The notes: a model not told the origin generated them from the letters alone. A stretch of 64,000 bases of DNA from Callorhinchus milii (GCF_018977255.1 NW_024704743.1:58406001-58470000); one strand, 5' to 3'; positions 1 to 12,760 are shown, counted from the first letter of the stretch. Numbers and translations: made by a program.

Positions 1-162
1 ATTGAAAATGCCAATTTTTTATTATTGTTTTTGGTTTTTTGGAGGGATTATTATTAGGCGTGTGGAGTAAGGAAACTTGCCCAAGGTTTCGCCCTGCTTG
101 GAATTGAACTCAGGTCTCTCGCTTGCAAAGCGAGTGCTCTAACCACTGAGCTACAGGACTCC
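1..162 (-). mobile_element. tRNA-Ala-derived SINE, short form (cut by window start), inserted in CR1
   Basis: Reverse complement starts GGAGTCCTGTAGCTCAGTGGTTAGAGCACTCGCTTTGCAAGCG with A/B boxes; same body as copies at 20707, 29386, 55766. Confidence 0.9.
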
Positions 163-1106
163 ACAAAGGTGAAGTTATTCACCTAGGTAGAAAAAATAGA
201 AAAACAGATTATTTTCTGGAGGGGGAGAGATTAGATAGTGTTAGTGTTCAGAGGGATTTAGGTGTCCTTGTACACCAGTCTCAAAAAGTTAGTTTGCAGG
301 AGCAGCAAGCAACTAAGAAGGTGAACGGCATGTTAGCGTTCATTGCAAAAGGTTTAGGGTACAAGAGTAGAGAGGTCTTGCTGCAACTGTATAGGGTCTT
401 GGTGAGACCGCACCTGGAGTATTGTGTGCAGTTTTGGTCTCCTTATTTAAAAAGGGACATACTTGCCCTAGAGGGGGTGCAGTGTAGATTCACTCGGTTA
501 GTTCCTGGGATGAGGGGACTGACCTATGAGGATAGGCTGAATAAACTAGGGCTATATTCTCTAGAGTACAGAAGAATCAGGGGAGATCTTATTGAAACAT
601 ATAAGATGGAGTCCTGTAGCTCAGTGGTTAGAGCACTCACTTTGCAAGCGAGAATTCACTTTAAAGTGAATTCACTTTACAGTGTGTTCTGTGAAGCGCT
701 TTGGGACGTCCTCCCGACGTGAAAAGCGCTATATCAAAAGCAAGGATTATTATTATTATTCTTAAAGGGCTGGGTAAAGTAGACACTGAGGGTCTGTTTC
801 CCCTGGTAGGAGAATCTATAACCAGGGGTCACAGTCTTAAAATGAAGGGTCAGCCTTTTAGAACAGAGGTGAGGAAACATTTCTTCACTCAGAGGGTAGT
901 GAATTTATGGAATTCACTACCCCAGAAGGCTGTAGATGCTCAGTCCTTGAACATCTTCAAGGCTGAGACTGATAGATTTTTAAAAACACAGAGGGATTAG
1001 GGGATAGGGCAGGTAATTAGAGTTAGGTCTGAAGATCAGCCATGATCTTATCGAATGGCAGGGCAGGCTCGAGCGGCCAAATGGCCTACTCCTAATTCTT
1101 ATGTAC
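163..1106 (+). mobile_element. CR1 LINE, 3' part of ORF2 plus 3' UTR, interrupted by a SINE at 609-760
   Basis: Translations LYRVLVRPHLEYCVQFWSPY, RRIRGDLIETYK, TRGHSLK, FFTQRVVNLWNSLP are CR1 ORF2 C-terminal motifs; ends GGCCTACTCCT...TTCTTATG. Confidence 0.95.
609..760 (+). mobile_element. internally deleted SINE (head fused to tail)
   Basis: tRNA head 609-652 joined to tail and (ATT)n; splits the CR1 sequence TATAAGAT/TCTTAAAG. Confidence 0.9.
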
Positions 1107-1559
1107 TTTCTCCAGGAGTGTTCATTACATCTTAATAACTGCACAGTAGAAGCCAATTCAGACTGAGTCACTGAGATATTTATGTAACTATTCTCGTTAA
1201 AACACAGACTCTGACATTTCTGAGCAATCTGTGATCTGATATTATAATCTAAATTCCAAGTTTATTTTATTATCTTTGATAAAGGTGAATTCATTTCATC
1301 TTTTGCTGGTACTTGAATAGTAATAATGAGTTCAATGGCCAAAGGTGAGCAAATATGTGCATGCAATGGATCTGAACAAAACAATGCTTAGAATGATTTT
1401 GATCATTTATGAACAAAGATAGTTGTTATGTCAATGATGAGGGTGGAATGTTTTTAAACTTTTTATGCCAAATCTAAACTGACCAGTATGGTGTAAAGGG
1501 ATTCCCCAGCTCCCGAGGCTATCCACAGGAGAGGCACACGGTTTATCCCAGTAGAGGTA

Positions 1560-1800
1560 TAAAAATCCTTGCACTTGATGTAACACCTTTCATGACAGGA
1601 GGATGTCTCCAAGCACTTCACATGATTCACTGTAAAGTGTAGTTACTGGGTGTTTTGTAGGCAAACAGGTAGCCAATTTGCCTACAGCAATTCCTACAAA
1701 CAGCCATGAAGTGGATGATTACTTTTATTTGGAGAATTACTGGCCAGGATACTGGGAGAAACTCGCTTCTCTTTTCTAATAGTGCCATGGGATGTAACAA
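1560..1800 (-). mobile_element. old Deu-domain SINE fragment
   Basis: Reverse complement carries ATCCCATGGCACTATT...GTATCCTGGCCA and GGCTGTTTGTAGGAATTGCTGT motifs. Confidence 0.7.
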
Positions 1801-2324
1801 TCTTCTCTAAGACACCATGGGAATGAATGCTGAATTACAGACAGTCTGAGCCTTGGATTAATTCTCAGTTTGAACTGGTTTGAGGCTGTCTGAATTATTT
1901 TCATTTGACATTCTTGTGGTACATGGTTAGGAGAACATCATCCCATTATTCTGTGATGATTTAAACCAGGATCCCAAAGGTCAAAGGGCAACAAGTCAGA
2001 ATGTGATGCCACCTCAGTACTTTTATTTTCTAAATTGGTTTGATTATCAGAAATGTCAATTATATCCATCGTGAAAAGAAACAACGACTGCATATATGTC
2101 ACCATCTGAACTTTTTAAAAAATTCTTGAATCTGTGTTCAAATCCAAAATTGTGTATATATATATATACATAAAATTGACTGAAAGTTTCCTTCCTTTCT
2201 CTGAAGTCTATTAATCGTATGATGTGAAATGGTTTTAGGCATTCAAGACTCCAGTAGACATGAGTTCGTATCACAAAAGTGCCCTGAATTTGGCACTAAT
2301 GAACTCCAAATTGACAGTGTCACT

Positions 2325-2900
2325 TTCAAAGACCATAAGAACAGAGAATGCAGTGAATAAAAATATTGCTAGTGTTGCAGTAGGGCTATTCCAAAATAAG
2401 GGAATGAAGGAGGAGATCTATGCATCGTATCTGCTGTTCCCAGTCCTGAATGTGTTCGATATCATCACTTGATGAACTGTGCTATTCCTTTGCCTTCGCT
2501 GCTAATGTCATTCTTGCCCTGATTACCATAAATAGGCACAAAAAACTTTTATTACCAGCCAATGAATATCAGAAAATATTTATTTCCCACACACTTAATT
2601 GCCGTCATTCATATTATCACTATTCTGCCACAGTGTTTGCTGTAGTTTTTTTTTCTGTTTCAGTTCCTCTGTCATCTCATCCACTATCTTCCATTCACTT
2701 TAAGTTTAACATATAAACTCGTCCCATTTTTAAAAAAAAATGCTTTAGTCTTTTCAGTTCTGTTGCTTAAGAGGAAACTGACAAGCAGTTCATCAGGCAT
2801 GAAGATGCAAGACCTGTGGAGTCTGTTTGTTTCACTTAAAGGTTTTTCGTGACAGGCAGACAGAGAATGAACTATTCAAACCCTTTTTCTGATGTTATGA
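2325..2900 (-). mobile_element. decayed PIF/Harbinger transposase (catalytic and C-terminal part)
   Basis: One frame ~2565-2328: LAGNKSF..LFM..KE*HSSSSDDIEHIQDWEQQIRCID..LE*P..NIFIHCILCSY, collinear with LLGDKGY..WLM..NESH..IEQTIG.LKQRFRCLD..LQYSP..CC.LHN; upstream QKKGLNS (NRKG.HS) and QVLHLHA**. Confidence 0.65.
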
Positions 2901-3559
2901 CAGCCGCCTACAGCAGCATAGAATATCTTAGACTCGCTACTGTTTCAGTTTTAATTCTTTGGGGGACTACATGAAGACTTGAGTGTGATGTTACATTTTT
3001 TCTTCTACTTCAGAAGATGTAAGGTAAAATTTAACACACAATTGGGCAAAGTTGGCTTCCAAGGAATGCAAATGAACTCAAAAGTTATGAGTCTATCAGA
3101 AGCTTTGACTCAGTGAGACCAGTGTCGACATAAAACTAGATAAATTATGTAATCCTTAGGGTATTGAAGGCAAGTGAATACTGTGCACTTACACTCTTGT
3201 ATGTCTGATAAGAGCTATGTAGTATCACTTTATTAGTGCAATTTATTTACGTGATGATACAAATATTGGAACTCCAAAATTTGTATTGACTCAATTTGTC
3301 TTCAAATTTAATTAATGCTAAAAGTGCAGAATAAATCAGGTTTAAAATTCACTTCATGAATCTGATTCACTGAATGTAAATTGGGACTATTTCAAATTAA
3401 CTTTTAAACATAACTAATTATCAAGTATGACATTCTTGAGAGGTACAAAAATCTTTTTTCAGTCTTTTAAACAGCCTGTTCTTTAATGATATTTAAACAT
3501 AAATTCCGGTTAACATAACTCTGCATATGTATAAAGAAAAGGAAGATTAAATGATGTGT

Positions 3560-3830
3560 TGAACGTGATGGTTGGTGAACTATTGGGGTCATGTCAAGTG
3601 TTAAGTTAAGGAAGTCAACTGATCCAGCATTGTAACATTAGATGTACATTCAGGAGATTTGCTTGATGTTTTTTGGGGAAGGAAATGGAAAACATTGCAG
3701 AACCTTTCGAGTCCACACCGGAGTGGACGGCATGTGAGCTATGAAGGGTACAGGCTTGATGGATCGCATTGTTTAGTCCAAGCTGCCAGAGAACACTCAA
3801 GACAATCTACTGCTCTGGGCAAAACTTCTT
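3560..3830 (-). mobile_element. possible Harbinger transposase fossil (N-terminal part)
   Basis: VLPRAV (ALPVAV), NAIHQAC, KGSAMFSISFP (GFA.IAGFP) across shifting frames; weak. Confidence 0.3.
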
Positions 3831-4319
3831 ACCCTCTTAGAAGTTCAATAGCTTTAACTTAAAGTACATGAATTTCCCATGAAACACCTACATGCATGCA
3901 TGATACAGGCACTTTTTAAACTCAGGTGTCCGTGGGATCTGAACAATCCAGCAAGTGCAGCGAATAGCAGATCGATTCCCTGAAAGGGCTCGGGATTGTC
4001 AAGTAAAATGGCAGCAACGATTCTTGGGGATCGCCGATTCGTGGAGGGCCCCGAAATATATAAAACATCCACGCATTGAAAAGCTTTGTTAGTGGTTAAA
4101 TGGAACTTCTAAACTAAGCGAGGTGGGCGAGTGTGGGGACACTTGGATCCATTCACGGGGCACTCAGGAAATTTCCTGATTTCCAATATAGCCAGTCTGC
4201 CCCTGAGTACAAGCACTAGCATGGAGCAATTGATCCAGGCCAGCCCAACCCGCTTCATTTAGTAACAGTTAGCGACCTTAAGTAGGAATTTATAATTTTG
4301 GATTTAGTGATATCGTAGA

Positions 4320-4540
4320 CAACAACAACAACAAGATTCCATTTATAGAGCGCCTTTCACGTCAGGAGGACGTCCCAAGGCGCTGCACAGTTGGGTCATG
4401 ACCCGAGCAGGGGGAAATGGTCAGGGTGAGGGGAGGGAAGGGAGGAGAGAGGAGGGGGAAATGGTCAGTGGGAGGGAAGGGAGGGAGCGAGGAGGAGGAA
4501 GAGAGTCGAGAGGGGAGCTGAAGGCACGGTCAAAGAGAAT
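4320..4540 (-). mobile_element. L2 LINE 3' end, young
   Basis: (AAC)n tail plus reverse complement of the 3' UTR at 23290-23470; internal duplication of GGGGGAAATGGTCAG. Confidence 0.9.
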
Positions 4541-5082
4541 AGACTGTTTTACAATGGGCAATTGAATCATTTCATGTTTGTCTCAATTCTGCCGGTCAAA
4601 CATTCAAATGAAAATTGCTTCTCCCAGAGATCTGCCACCCTCGGCAGCTGCCTAGTTTGCCTATAGCCCCTGCCTGCTGCTCTTAACCTCTTATGTTCTC
4701 AATTGGGGTGAATCCATTCATTTGTGTAATACATGAGGGACATTTGTTATATTTCATAAAAGATTTAATGTGATAATCTGGTTATGAAATGTTGCGAAGT
4801 ATAGCCCGCAGTTATATACGCATATATATATATATTTCAGTATATTCAATTCAAATTCAATGTTTTTGCTTTAAATGAATCACACCAAAAGGATATATTG
4901 TATTTGAGGACGTTCAGTTAGATTTTTACCATATAACCACGTTTTAAGTCTCTGACTGACTCAGACAATGCTGACTGACAAGTACTTCAGAAGCCATTAA
5001 TCAAGGATTATTTTTAGGTGTTGCAACATTCCAATACTTTTTGTTCTCTGTTATTTTTGAACCAAAAAATAATCCAAAATAA

Positions 5083-5320
5083 CAGTAAGATGAAGGCCGA
5101 AGATCCCTGGCAACTGAAATCTGTGAGCCGCAATTGGTGATGGAGAAGGTTATCCAATTGAACATTAAGCAGGAAGTTAAGGATCTTGAAATAGAAACAT
5201 CTGCTGGTTATGAGGAGAGCTGAGAATAAAGAGGGCGTGGTAATGCTGGGAACATATCCATCCAAATGTCTAAACAAAGAGTATCAAAATAGAGTGCAAT
5301 ACGAGGCAGCTGTGATCATC
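5083..5320 (-). mobile_element. decayed Harbinger transposase fragment
   Basis: ORF 5014..5277 contains LLNVQL...CQGSSAFIL (SLNVQL...PGS.HDAFIL); adjacent frames give MFP and ITAASY (VTDALY). Confidence 0.55.
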
Positions 5321-7254
5321 TATTAATTAAGCAAAGTGTTGAAGAGGAAAGGCTGAACTATATCACAAAACAATCTAGGGAACAATATGGGGGGGAGAAG
5401 GGAATAGCGCTACTTGTGATATTATCACCAGTGACACTATCATATTTCACATCACCAACCCCCTTCCCCCCCATAGGTGACTCTGTTCCTCAGAAAGCAG
5501 GTAATGGGAAAGCGAGAATTAGAAAGAGAACTAGGGACATGAAGAGAGTGTAAAGATATAAAAGCTCTCAGAGAGCTGACAAAGATGAATTCCCCCCTGT
5601 TCAAGTATGTATTGCAAAAAACAGTATGAAATTGTCAGCACTGTTCACATTAAAACCTGATTCAAATTGTTTAACTGAAATATATATTAATGTGACAGAG
5701 ATGCATCACTGCAGTACTGTAAAAAGAGAAATAAATTACAAATTCAAAATGTCAATCAGGTTGAGATCTATCTTTTTGTCTGCACTTTTGGTCATCTCCC
5801 CTTCCCCCTGCCCCTGCACCAGCTTTGGTGCCCAGGTATCTATATAAAGCATTTGGAGACGTGAAAGGCACTTTACTTTTGAAATGTAAATTGATGTAAA
5901 GAAATCAAAAGTTTCATTTATTGGCATTCTCAGCGCAACCACATTGAATAAAAAAAATCATCATTTCAAACATATCATTCTTATCATTCTTTTCATCATG
6001 TGAGATTACAACCTAAGTGGAGTCTTGTTCACTCACAGACAGAATTCTCCGTTGATTTCTATCCTTAAAGATAAAGCCTACCTCACACAAATCCATTGAG
6101 ATACAGAGATAAGATTCCCTTGCATCTCGCTGAAGCTGTATCTATTGAAAGTGATATTAAAGATTATGTTTCATTCTGCCAGAGCAGAATCTCTTAACTA
6201 AAAGAACATGAGAACAGACGTCCTACTGAGATTTGACATGACAACCATTCCTAATTCATTGAGGTTCAACCCAATCTATAGCTGTCCATTTATAGCACAT
6301 TTGACAATCTCTCTCACTTGAAAAGCTTTTTAAATTTACAACACCCCCCCAGGGATCACATCCCTTAGAGAGAAAAAATCTCTTAGATATCTTCTATCCA
6401 TTCGTGATATCTCAATGCATTATTGTCCAATACCCCAGCTTCACTTTAGTACAATTATTCAGCAGGAAATCATCAGTGGAATACAATTATCTTTTTATTG
6501 AAGTTGAAGGAAACAGATTTAGCTTTTGCAGCCCTGAGTTTGCATTTTATTTTTTATTTATCTTTTATTCTAAAAAAATCAGATTACGTACTTGTAAAGG
6601 TTTTAAACTGTAAAGGTATTCAGTGATCACTGAATCTGCATGGACTTATTTCTGCTGAAGGAATTTAGAATGTTTCTATTTGCACACCTCCTTTCTGTTA
6701 TCCAAGACAGCAGCACTTTGTCAGTTCACATAATTGCGTGACTTGTAGGAATGTTGGCATCTAATTTGCAGGTTGTGCTAACCAGGTGTAAATTCATATG
6801 TGACACCGTGTGAAACCTACATTTTAGGTTTAGTCTGTGCAAGTTACACTCATTTAGTTTCATAATAATTCTGGTGCCCTTAATGAGTTAAATAAAAAAA
6901 AATATCATAAATTAAGAACCAGTGAAAAGGATTACAGAATTATTGGTCAACTCCATCAATAAGGACAACAATAATTTCCTCTTTACACATGTATTTTACA
7001 GTTACCCAAACCCATATATTCTAATAAATTATCCTTGCATTTCATATACAAACTATTATGTTCAAACCTATGTACAGGTAATTGCTGAGGTGACTGTATT
7101 TGCAGGAAAACTGTGGAAGCCGTTCTGTACAATCCTTTTCAATGGTTCTTAGTTCATGATGTATTTGATTTTAGTGCAACATCCAGCAAACAGTGATGAA
7201 ATGAATGTTCAAATCATCTGGAGGATTGCTGGACAGGATCCAGGAGGGGAAAAA

Positions 7255-7480
7255 AAACCTTATTTTGAATAATGTTTTGGTACCTTTAATGTCCACCTGA
7301 CCAGACAGGTGAGACTTTGGTTTTTAACATCCCAACCAAAGAATAGTACCTCTGACAATGAAGTGTTCCCCAAAACTGCCCTGGAGTATCAACTATACTA
7401 TAAATTCAAGCTCAATGTAGGGCTTGATCCGACAATCCTGACCAAGAGGCAGGAATGTGTTTTGCTGAGGCAATCTGATA
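7255..7480 (-). mobile_element. old Deu-domain SINE, 5' half
   Basis: TTTAATGTCCACCTGA..CAGACAGG..TTTAACATC..ACCTCTGACAATG, antisense of the Deu core and head. Confidence 0.65.
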
Positions 7481-7809
7481 CCCATTTTTTAGCTGGGAAA
7501 AGAGGATAAAAGCCTTTATGTGACACAAGCTTTAGCCAAGATATGGAACCATCTACCTAGGAGTCCAAAGCAACCTCTGTGGACTTGTCTACTACTGCAG
7601 GAAGCATAGCTGGATGTGACATTTTTGGAGGATGTCAGGGCAGGTCTGCTTATTTTCTTAAAGTCCAGGGCCCATGATTGGATTGTTGTTAACTGTACTA
7701 TTGGAAAACAAAACAATGTGAAACTACACTTTAGAATGGTATTGTCTCTACACAAGATGCACTCTGTTATAATCATTCAGTTTCCCCATAATAATAATCA
7801 TCATCCTGT

Positions 7810-8188
7810 GGAGTCCTGTAGCTCAGTGGTTAGAGCACTCGCCTCACAAGCAAGAGATCCAGGTTCGATTCCCAGCAGGGCGAAATGTTGGGCAAGTTTC
7901 CTTACTCCACACGCCTCTGTTTACTTGGCAGTAAATAGGAACCTGGGTATTAGTCAATTGGTGAATCGCCTTTCTCAAAGCAATAATTCCTTCAAACAAA
8001 AATAATAATAATTTGGTCACTTCAATCCACGACTGTTTGTGGGACACTGCTGTGCGCAATTGGCTGCCATGCTTCACCCACAAAATATACAGTCAATTCA
8101 CTTTACAGTATATTCTGTGAAGTGCTTTGAAACGTCCGAAGACGTGATAAGGCTCTATATTAAATGCAAGGATTATTATCATTATTAT
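7810..8188 (+). mobile_element. full-length tRNA-Ala-derived SINE, long form
   Basis: Head, GCCTCTGTTTACTTGGCAGTAAATAGGAACC middle segment, Deu-like 3' block, (ATT)n tail. Confidence 0.92.
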
Positions 8189-8333
8189 GCATTTGGTATA
8201 GTGCCTTTCATGTTTAAAAGGCGTCTCAAAGCGCATCATAGGATTTACTGTGAAGTGGAGTGATTGTGTATTGGTTGGTGAACATGGCAGCCCAATGTCC
8301 CATGAACAGCCATGAAACAAATGATGAATTCAG

Positions 8334-8534
8334 GACATCGGGAAAAACTTTTGCCGTGATACATTGGCAAAGCTTATCGCCATGGCGATGGTGGAGAGTA
8401 AGATAACCCTTTATCTGCAGCAGGTGAGGGGACAGAGAACAGTGAGACTCCTTGATGTTTCTCACTGTCTGGTAGCTATCAGCAATCTTGCTGAGAATGG
8501 GTGTTGCAGATTTGAAGACGTTTCACCATTTTGA
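8334..8534 (+). mobile_element. possible Myb/SANT-like Harbinger ORF2 fossil
   Basis: 66 open codons: KNFCRDTLAKLIAMAMVESKITLY...GCCRFEDV, resembling RFS...LE.L...V..R..L...QC.KRFNDL. Confidence 0.35.
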
Positions 8535-8689
8535 ATTCCATTAAAAATATTAATTTGTGTATCTATATAGCACCTTTCATGTTGGGAGGATGTCTCAAAT
8601 GCTTTATTAAAAAATATTACAAAGGACCACAGGCCAGAGCCCTATATCAGAGTACCATTTGATTCCCAGAATTTTAACTCCAAAGTACT

Positions 8690-8950
8690 GCCTCGCTGTT
8701 CAGACAGTCATTAAAGATCCCATGACACTATTCACGAAGAGAAGGGAGTTTTTCCTGGTGTCCTGGCCAACAATCCCCCAGATATAAAATTGGTCATTCA
8801 TTTTGTGGCTGTTGGTAAGACACTGTGATGTGCAAATTGGCTATTTTGTTTGCCTACAAAATAACAGTCACTACATGCTGCAGTATATCCTGTGAAGCTC
8901 TTTGACATCTTCCCAGTATGAAAGGTGATATATCAAATTTAGAGATTATT
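8690..8950 (+). mobile_element. old Deu-domain SINE
   Basis: AAAGATCCCATGACACTATTCACGAAGAGAAGGGAGTTTTTCCTGGTGTCCTGGCCAA Deu core. Confidence 0.8.
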
Positions 8951-9204
8951 AAAATTACTATGAAATGGAAGAAACAAATGGACACAACAATGTTTCTTTC
9001 ATAATCTCAATCTTAAAGAATTTGCTGTGTCTTGTTTTAGGTTGATATTGATTCCTGCTAAGAGATATAATAATGTATAAATAGATCTTTACATCACTTT
9101 GAATTTTTGCAACTCTTTCGAAAACTTGTTTGTACCATCTACGTACATTGATCTGAAGTTGATGCACAGCTCACTCTGTGTCAAGAGGAAATCTTCCTTG
9201 CCAT

Positions 9205-9435
9205 AGATTTGCACTTTCAGCCACTACACCCGAAACTCTGTAACGCTTTCCCTCAATCGTTCCGCCTTGCCCCCTCTCTCACCTTTTTCAAGTCCCGCCT
9301 GAAAACCTACTTTATCTTCCTCCCGCCACCGAAGATCCCCCCCCCCCCCCCGCACCCACCCTGGCTCGGAGACAGGCTCCACCACTGTTAAGCACTCTGA
9401 GACGCTATCGTGCACTTGTAAGTTGTTGTTGTAAG
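9205..9435 (+). mobile_element. L2 3' fragment
   Basis: PKLCNAFPQSFRLAPSLTFFKSRLKTYF (LWNSLP..LR..SL..FK..LKT.LF); (TTG)n tail. Confidence 0.8.
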
Positions 9436-9599
9436 AATTCATGCTGATATTAAAATGCTGTGGTAGTAGTATCCATTTAATGAGCCACAATAAGTTAATG
9501 GCTATAAGATGAAAATGTGGCCTTATCAACACATTTTATCTTAAATACAGTGTTATAAATGCAACGGGTTTGTGGCTTGCAGGTTTAAGAAAAAGTTCA

Positions 9600-9962
9600 A
9601 TAGAATATAAATTACGCAAGAGGTTGCTGGAATTTGGAAAGGCTTAAGGCAAATGGCCTTCCAAGTCTATAAAAACATTTAAAAGAAATTGGACAAATAG
9701 TTTAGGAAAAATATATTGAAAAGTATAAGGAAAGAGCAGGAGAATGTAAATAGAGTAACAATAAAAATAGTAATCCTTGCGTTTGATATAGCACTTGATC
9801 ACATTGTCGAAACGTCTCAAAGGGTTTTACAGGATATACTGTAAAGTGGTAAGACTGTGTGTATTTTGTGGGAGAGTATTTTGCGGAGGGACTAGGACTA
9901 GCACAGCCATAATGGGCCCATTAGTCTCCTTCCGTTCTGTAAACATTTTTATGGTTTCTATG
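9600..9962 (+). mobile_element. CR1 3' fragment with an inserted SINE tail
   Basis: Degenerate CR1 end (GCACAGCCATAATGGGCC...TCCGTTCTGTAAACATTTTTATG); antisense SINE tail 9765-9870. Confidence 0.6.
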
Positions 9963-10053
9963 CAACTCTTTTTAAGCTACGATGGGTATACAAACCTTTT
10001 ATAGGTTCTGCATTCAAGTGATACTTTGAGAAGTGTGATGCTTTAACTTGTTT

Positions 10054-10480
10054 TCATTGCAGGGTATTTTCACAGATGTGTGTCTATTGGTTATTGTGTG
10101 TTCTTTCACAGAATCATAGACACATCCAATTGGAGATTAATAGCACCAGATTGTAACATGCACAACCCATCTATGAATTTAAAAAAATCCAAATCAGATT
10201 AAATAATTGTCCAGGTTCATTTCTGAATGTCATGCAATAAATCTAGGAATGGTTTCTTCATGTAGCAACAAAAGGGATTTTCATACTTTGCAAACATTCA
10301 TATATTATTTTCTGGAAGCTTCACATTCTTTAACCAAATATCACAATAGACTGCATTGGATGCAAATTATTTAAAAGTAGCAAGTGAATTGGCTGAGACA
10401 ATGGAATTGATCCAAGGAAATATCCTGAACTTTTAGAGCAAGTAGTAGGAGATCCATCAGATAAGTTCTTTCCACTGCCC
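10054..10480 (+). mobile_element. decayed Harbinger transposase catalytic domain
   Basis: FIAGY; IIDTSNWRLIAPDCN..MNLKKSKS (IDCTH..L.AP..N..NRKG.HS); FLHVATK..HSYII; LLEQVVG...KFFPL (IEQTIG.LK.RFRCL), in the expected order. Confidence 0.6.
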
Positions 10481-10584
10481 ACCCTTTAAAGTTAAAATCA
10501 CTGAACCTATATTCTATGGCAAGTGAATATGTTTATACAATTCAATACAATACAAATGTACATTTGTATTGTATAAACATATTC

Positions 10585-10950
10585 AACCGAGACTTTCAAA
10601 TCCCTTCATGCCCTAACACCTCCCTAACTTTACGACCTGCTTACCCCTCAACCCACATCCCATCACCTAACTGTCTCTGGCCTTCTGTTTGTCCCTCGTC
10701 CCCTCCATTCCGCCATCAGCAGCCGCGCTTTCATCCATTATGCCCCCAAACTCTGGAACTCTCTTCCTCTATCCCTCCGCCTTGCCCCTTCCTTCCCCTA
10801 ACCACAACCCTAAACCCATCTTCAGAATGTGCCCGAAAACCTTCCTCTTCGATTGTCCCTAAGGTCACCTCCCCCTCCCCCCGGCTCAGCATTGTGCTGC
10901 ACTACTGTCAAGCGCACTGGGACGCTGAGCCCGTGGCGCTATATGTTGTA
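10585..10950 (+). mobile_element. L2 3' fragment
   Basis: C-rich, CCCCCAAACTCTGGAACTCTCTTCC motif, L2-type 3' end. Confidence 0.75.
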
Positions 10951-11079
10951 CATTTAGAAGGTGCCCCTTATGTTGGGAGAATATCCAAAGTACATAAGAC
11001 TAAAATAAAATATTATGTAATGTACTTGAGCAATATGTGTTCACAGCCAAATCCATCTGGTAATGAACCTGTACTCCTG

Positions 11080-11795
11080 CTATGTGTCAGCCTGGCTCAA
11101 TTGATAACGCTCTCACTACTGAGCTGGAAGGTTAAGGGTTCGAGACCAACATCAAGACTTTGAACTCTTATAGTCTAAGTTGATCCTCCATTGCAGTGCT
11201 GGGGCTGTGCTGAATTATTGGAGGCACTGTCTTTCAGATAAATCAATAAACATTAAACTAATGTCCCATCCGTGGCTTCAGGTGGACAGGTGGCATTAAC
11301 TGAAAGAGAATGGAGTTTATCCCAGTGTGTTGGCCAACAATCTTCCAGATAAAACTGGTCCTTCAGGTCCATGGCTGTTGGTGAGATGTCGCTGTGTGCA
11401 ATATGTCAGCTGCATTCGTCTAGAGAAATAGTCACTTCACTTTACAGTATATTCCATGAAGCATTCGGAGGTGTCCTCACAACGTGATAAGTAAGTAAGC
11501 ACTGTTTGCCTAGCTGTAAGTAGGAAACCAGTTGTTAGTTGATTGGTGGATCGCTTTTCTGGGGATAATAATCCCTCCGAAGAAAAAAAAAATGTGGTCA
11601 CTCAATTTACAACTATTTGTGGGACACTGCTGTGCGTAACTGGCTGCCTTGTTTTGCCCACAAAATACACAGTCAATTCACTTTAGAGTAGATTCTGTGA
11701 AGCGCTTTGGGACATCTTGAAGATGTGATAAGACGCTATACCAAAGTAAGGATTATTATTGTTCTTAAAGGTGCTGTATCAAATATTAGGATTAT
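11080..11795 (+). mobile_element. old Deu-domain SINE with a 5'-truncated younger SINE (11500-11760) in its tail
   Basis: Head TGGCTCAATTGATAACGCTCTC..GTTCGAG, Deu core, then the long-form SINE body. Confidence 0.75.
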
Positions 11796-11964
11796 TATAC
11801 AAGAATTGAAGGACGCAACCAACTCAAGCACATCTTCATACTTTAATCTGTCCTCTGTCTCCAATCTATAACATTCATCACTACCAGACTAATCCATCTA
11901 TCTTTAAGATGCAAAATACAGTTATAAATGTATATAAAAAAATAGAGTGCCTGAAAAGTAGAGC

Positions 11965-12245
11965 ATAAAAACATAAGAAATGCTAGATGAAAAAAGACCA
12001 AGGTCCATCTAGTTCACCTTCCACCTTCCTGGTGGTCGCATGCACATATGTCCTGAACTATCTATGTTCTATATCCCATAATGTTATTTCCTAAAAGAAA
12101 ACTATCTAATCTGTATTTGAAAGAATCAACACTTCCTGCTTCAACTGTCTCCCGAGAGAGCCTGTTCCCAGGTTCATTATTCGCTCACTGAAATAGTGTT
12201 TGCATAGATTCATTCTGAATTTACTGTAGAATCATTCTGAATTTA
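11965..12245 (-). mobile_element. CR1-clade LINE 3' fragment
   Basis: CATAAGAAATGCTAGATG..GGTCCATCTAG end; antisense of a F..RI.N.WN.L-type segment. Confidence 0.6.
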
Positions 12246-12579
12246 CCAACATGAGAACTTTTAAAAACAAAATATATCAAAATATGTTAGAAGAAAGAAA
12301 CAATATGTGAGGCCCGGTGAAAAATATGGTAGGTGCTGATTACCACATATCGCATTTTCACTTCCACATTTCATGAAGGTAGATTTATTAGTTCATGATT
12401 TCTTACAACAAAAATTGAAAAACATCAAGTGATACAGGATAGAAATCTAAATGTTATTATTTTTTGAAACGGAACAGTGGACCCCAAAATAACTTACAAG
12501 TCAAATAGAGCTTTCTTTTACTTTTCATGTTCAGAAGCCTGTATCACATTGCATAATGAAATCATTTTCCATCCACATT

Positions 12580-12760
12580 ATGAGTCTCTGAATGTATTCT
12601 GTGCTCTGCAAATTTTTTCGCCCAATATGTGAAACAAGTACTTTGCATTTTCCTCATTTCTTTCATTAATTAGCTGTTTGATGGAGCGTGGCCAGCACCA
12701 CAGCTCAGTGATCAGCTTAATAATAAATTCAGTGGCTTTGTCATTTCCAGCAAATGCCAG
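12580..12760 (-). mobile_element. decayed Harbinger transposase fragment
   Basis: ~60 open codons AGNDKATEFIIKLITELW..KQLINERNEEN..LFHILG vs GDKGYPL..WLMTPL..RYNE.H..IEQTIG. Confidence 0.45.

Noticed and set aside
294..1000. ORFs 294..722 and 701..1000 as genes
   Set aside because: CR1 ORF2 remnant broken by a SINE.
7810..7885. tRNA-Ala gene (and similar heads elsewhere)
   Set aside because: No matching acceptor stem or terminator; every copy runs into the same SINE body.
9100..9205. Minus-strand VRRWYKQVFERV as another Myb/SANT piece
   Set aside because: A single short motif, indistinguishable from chance.
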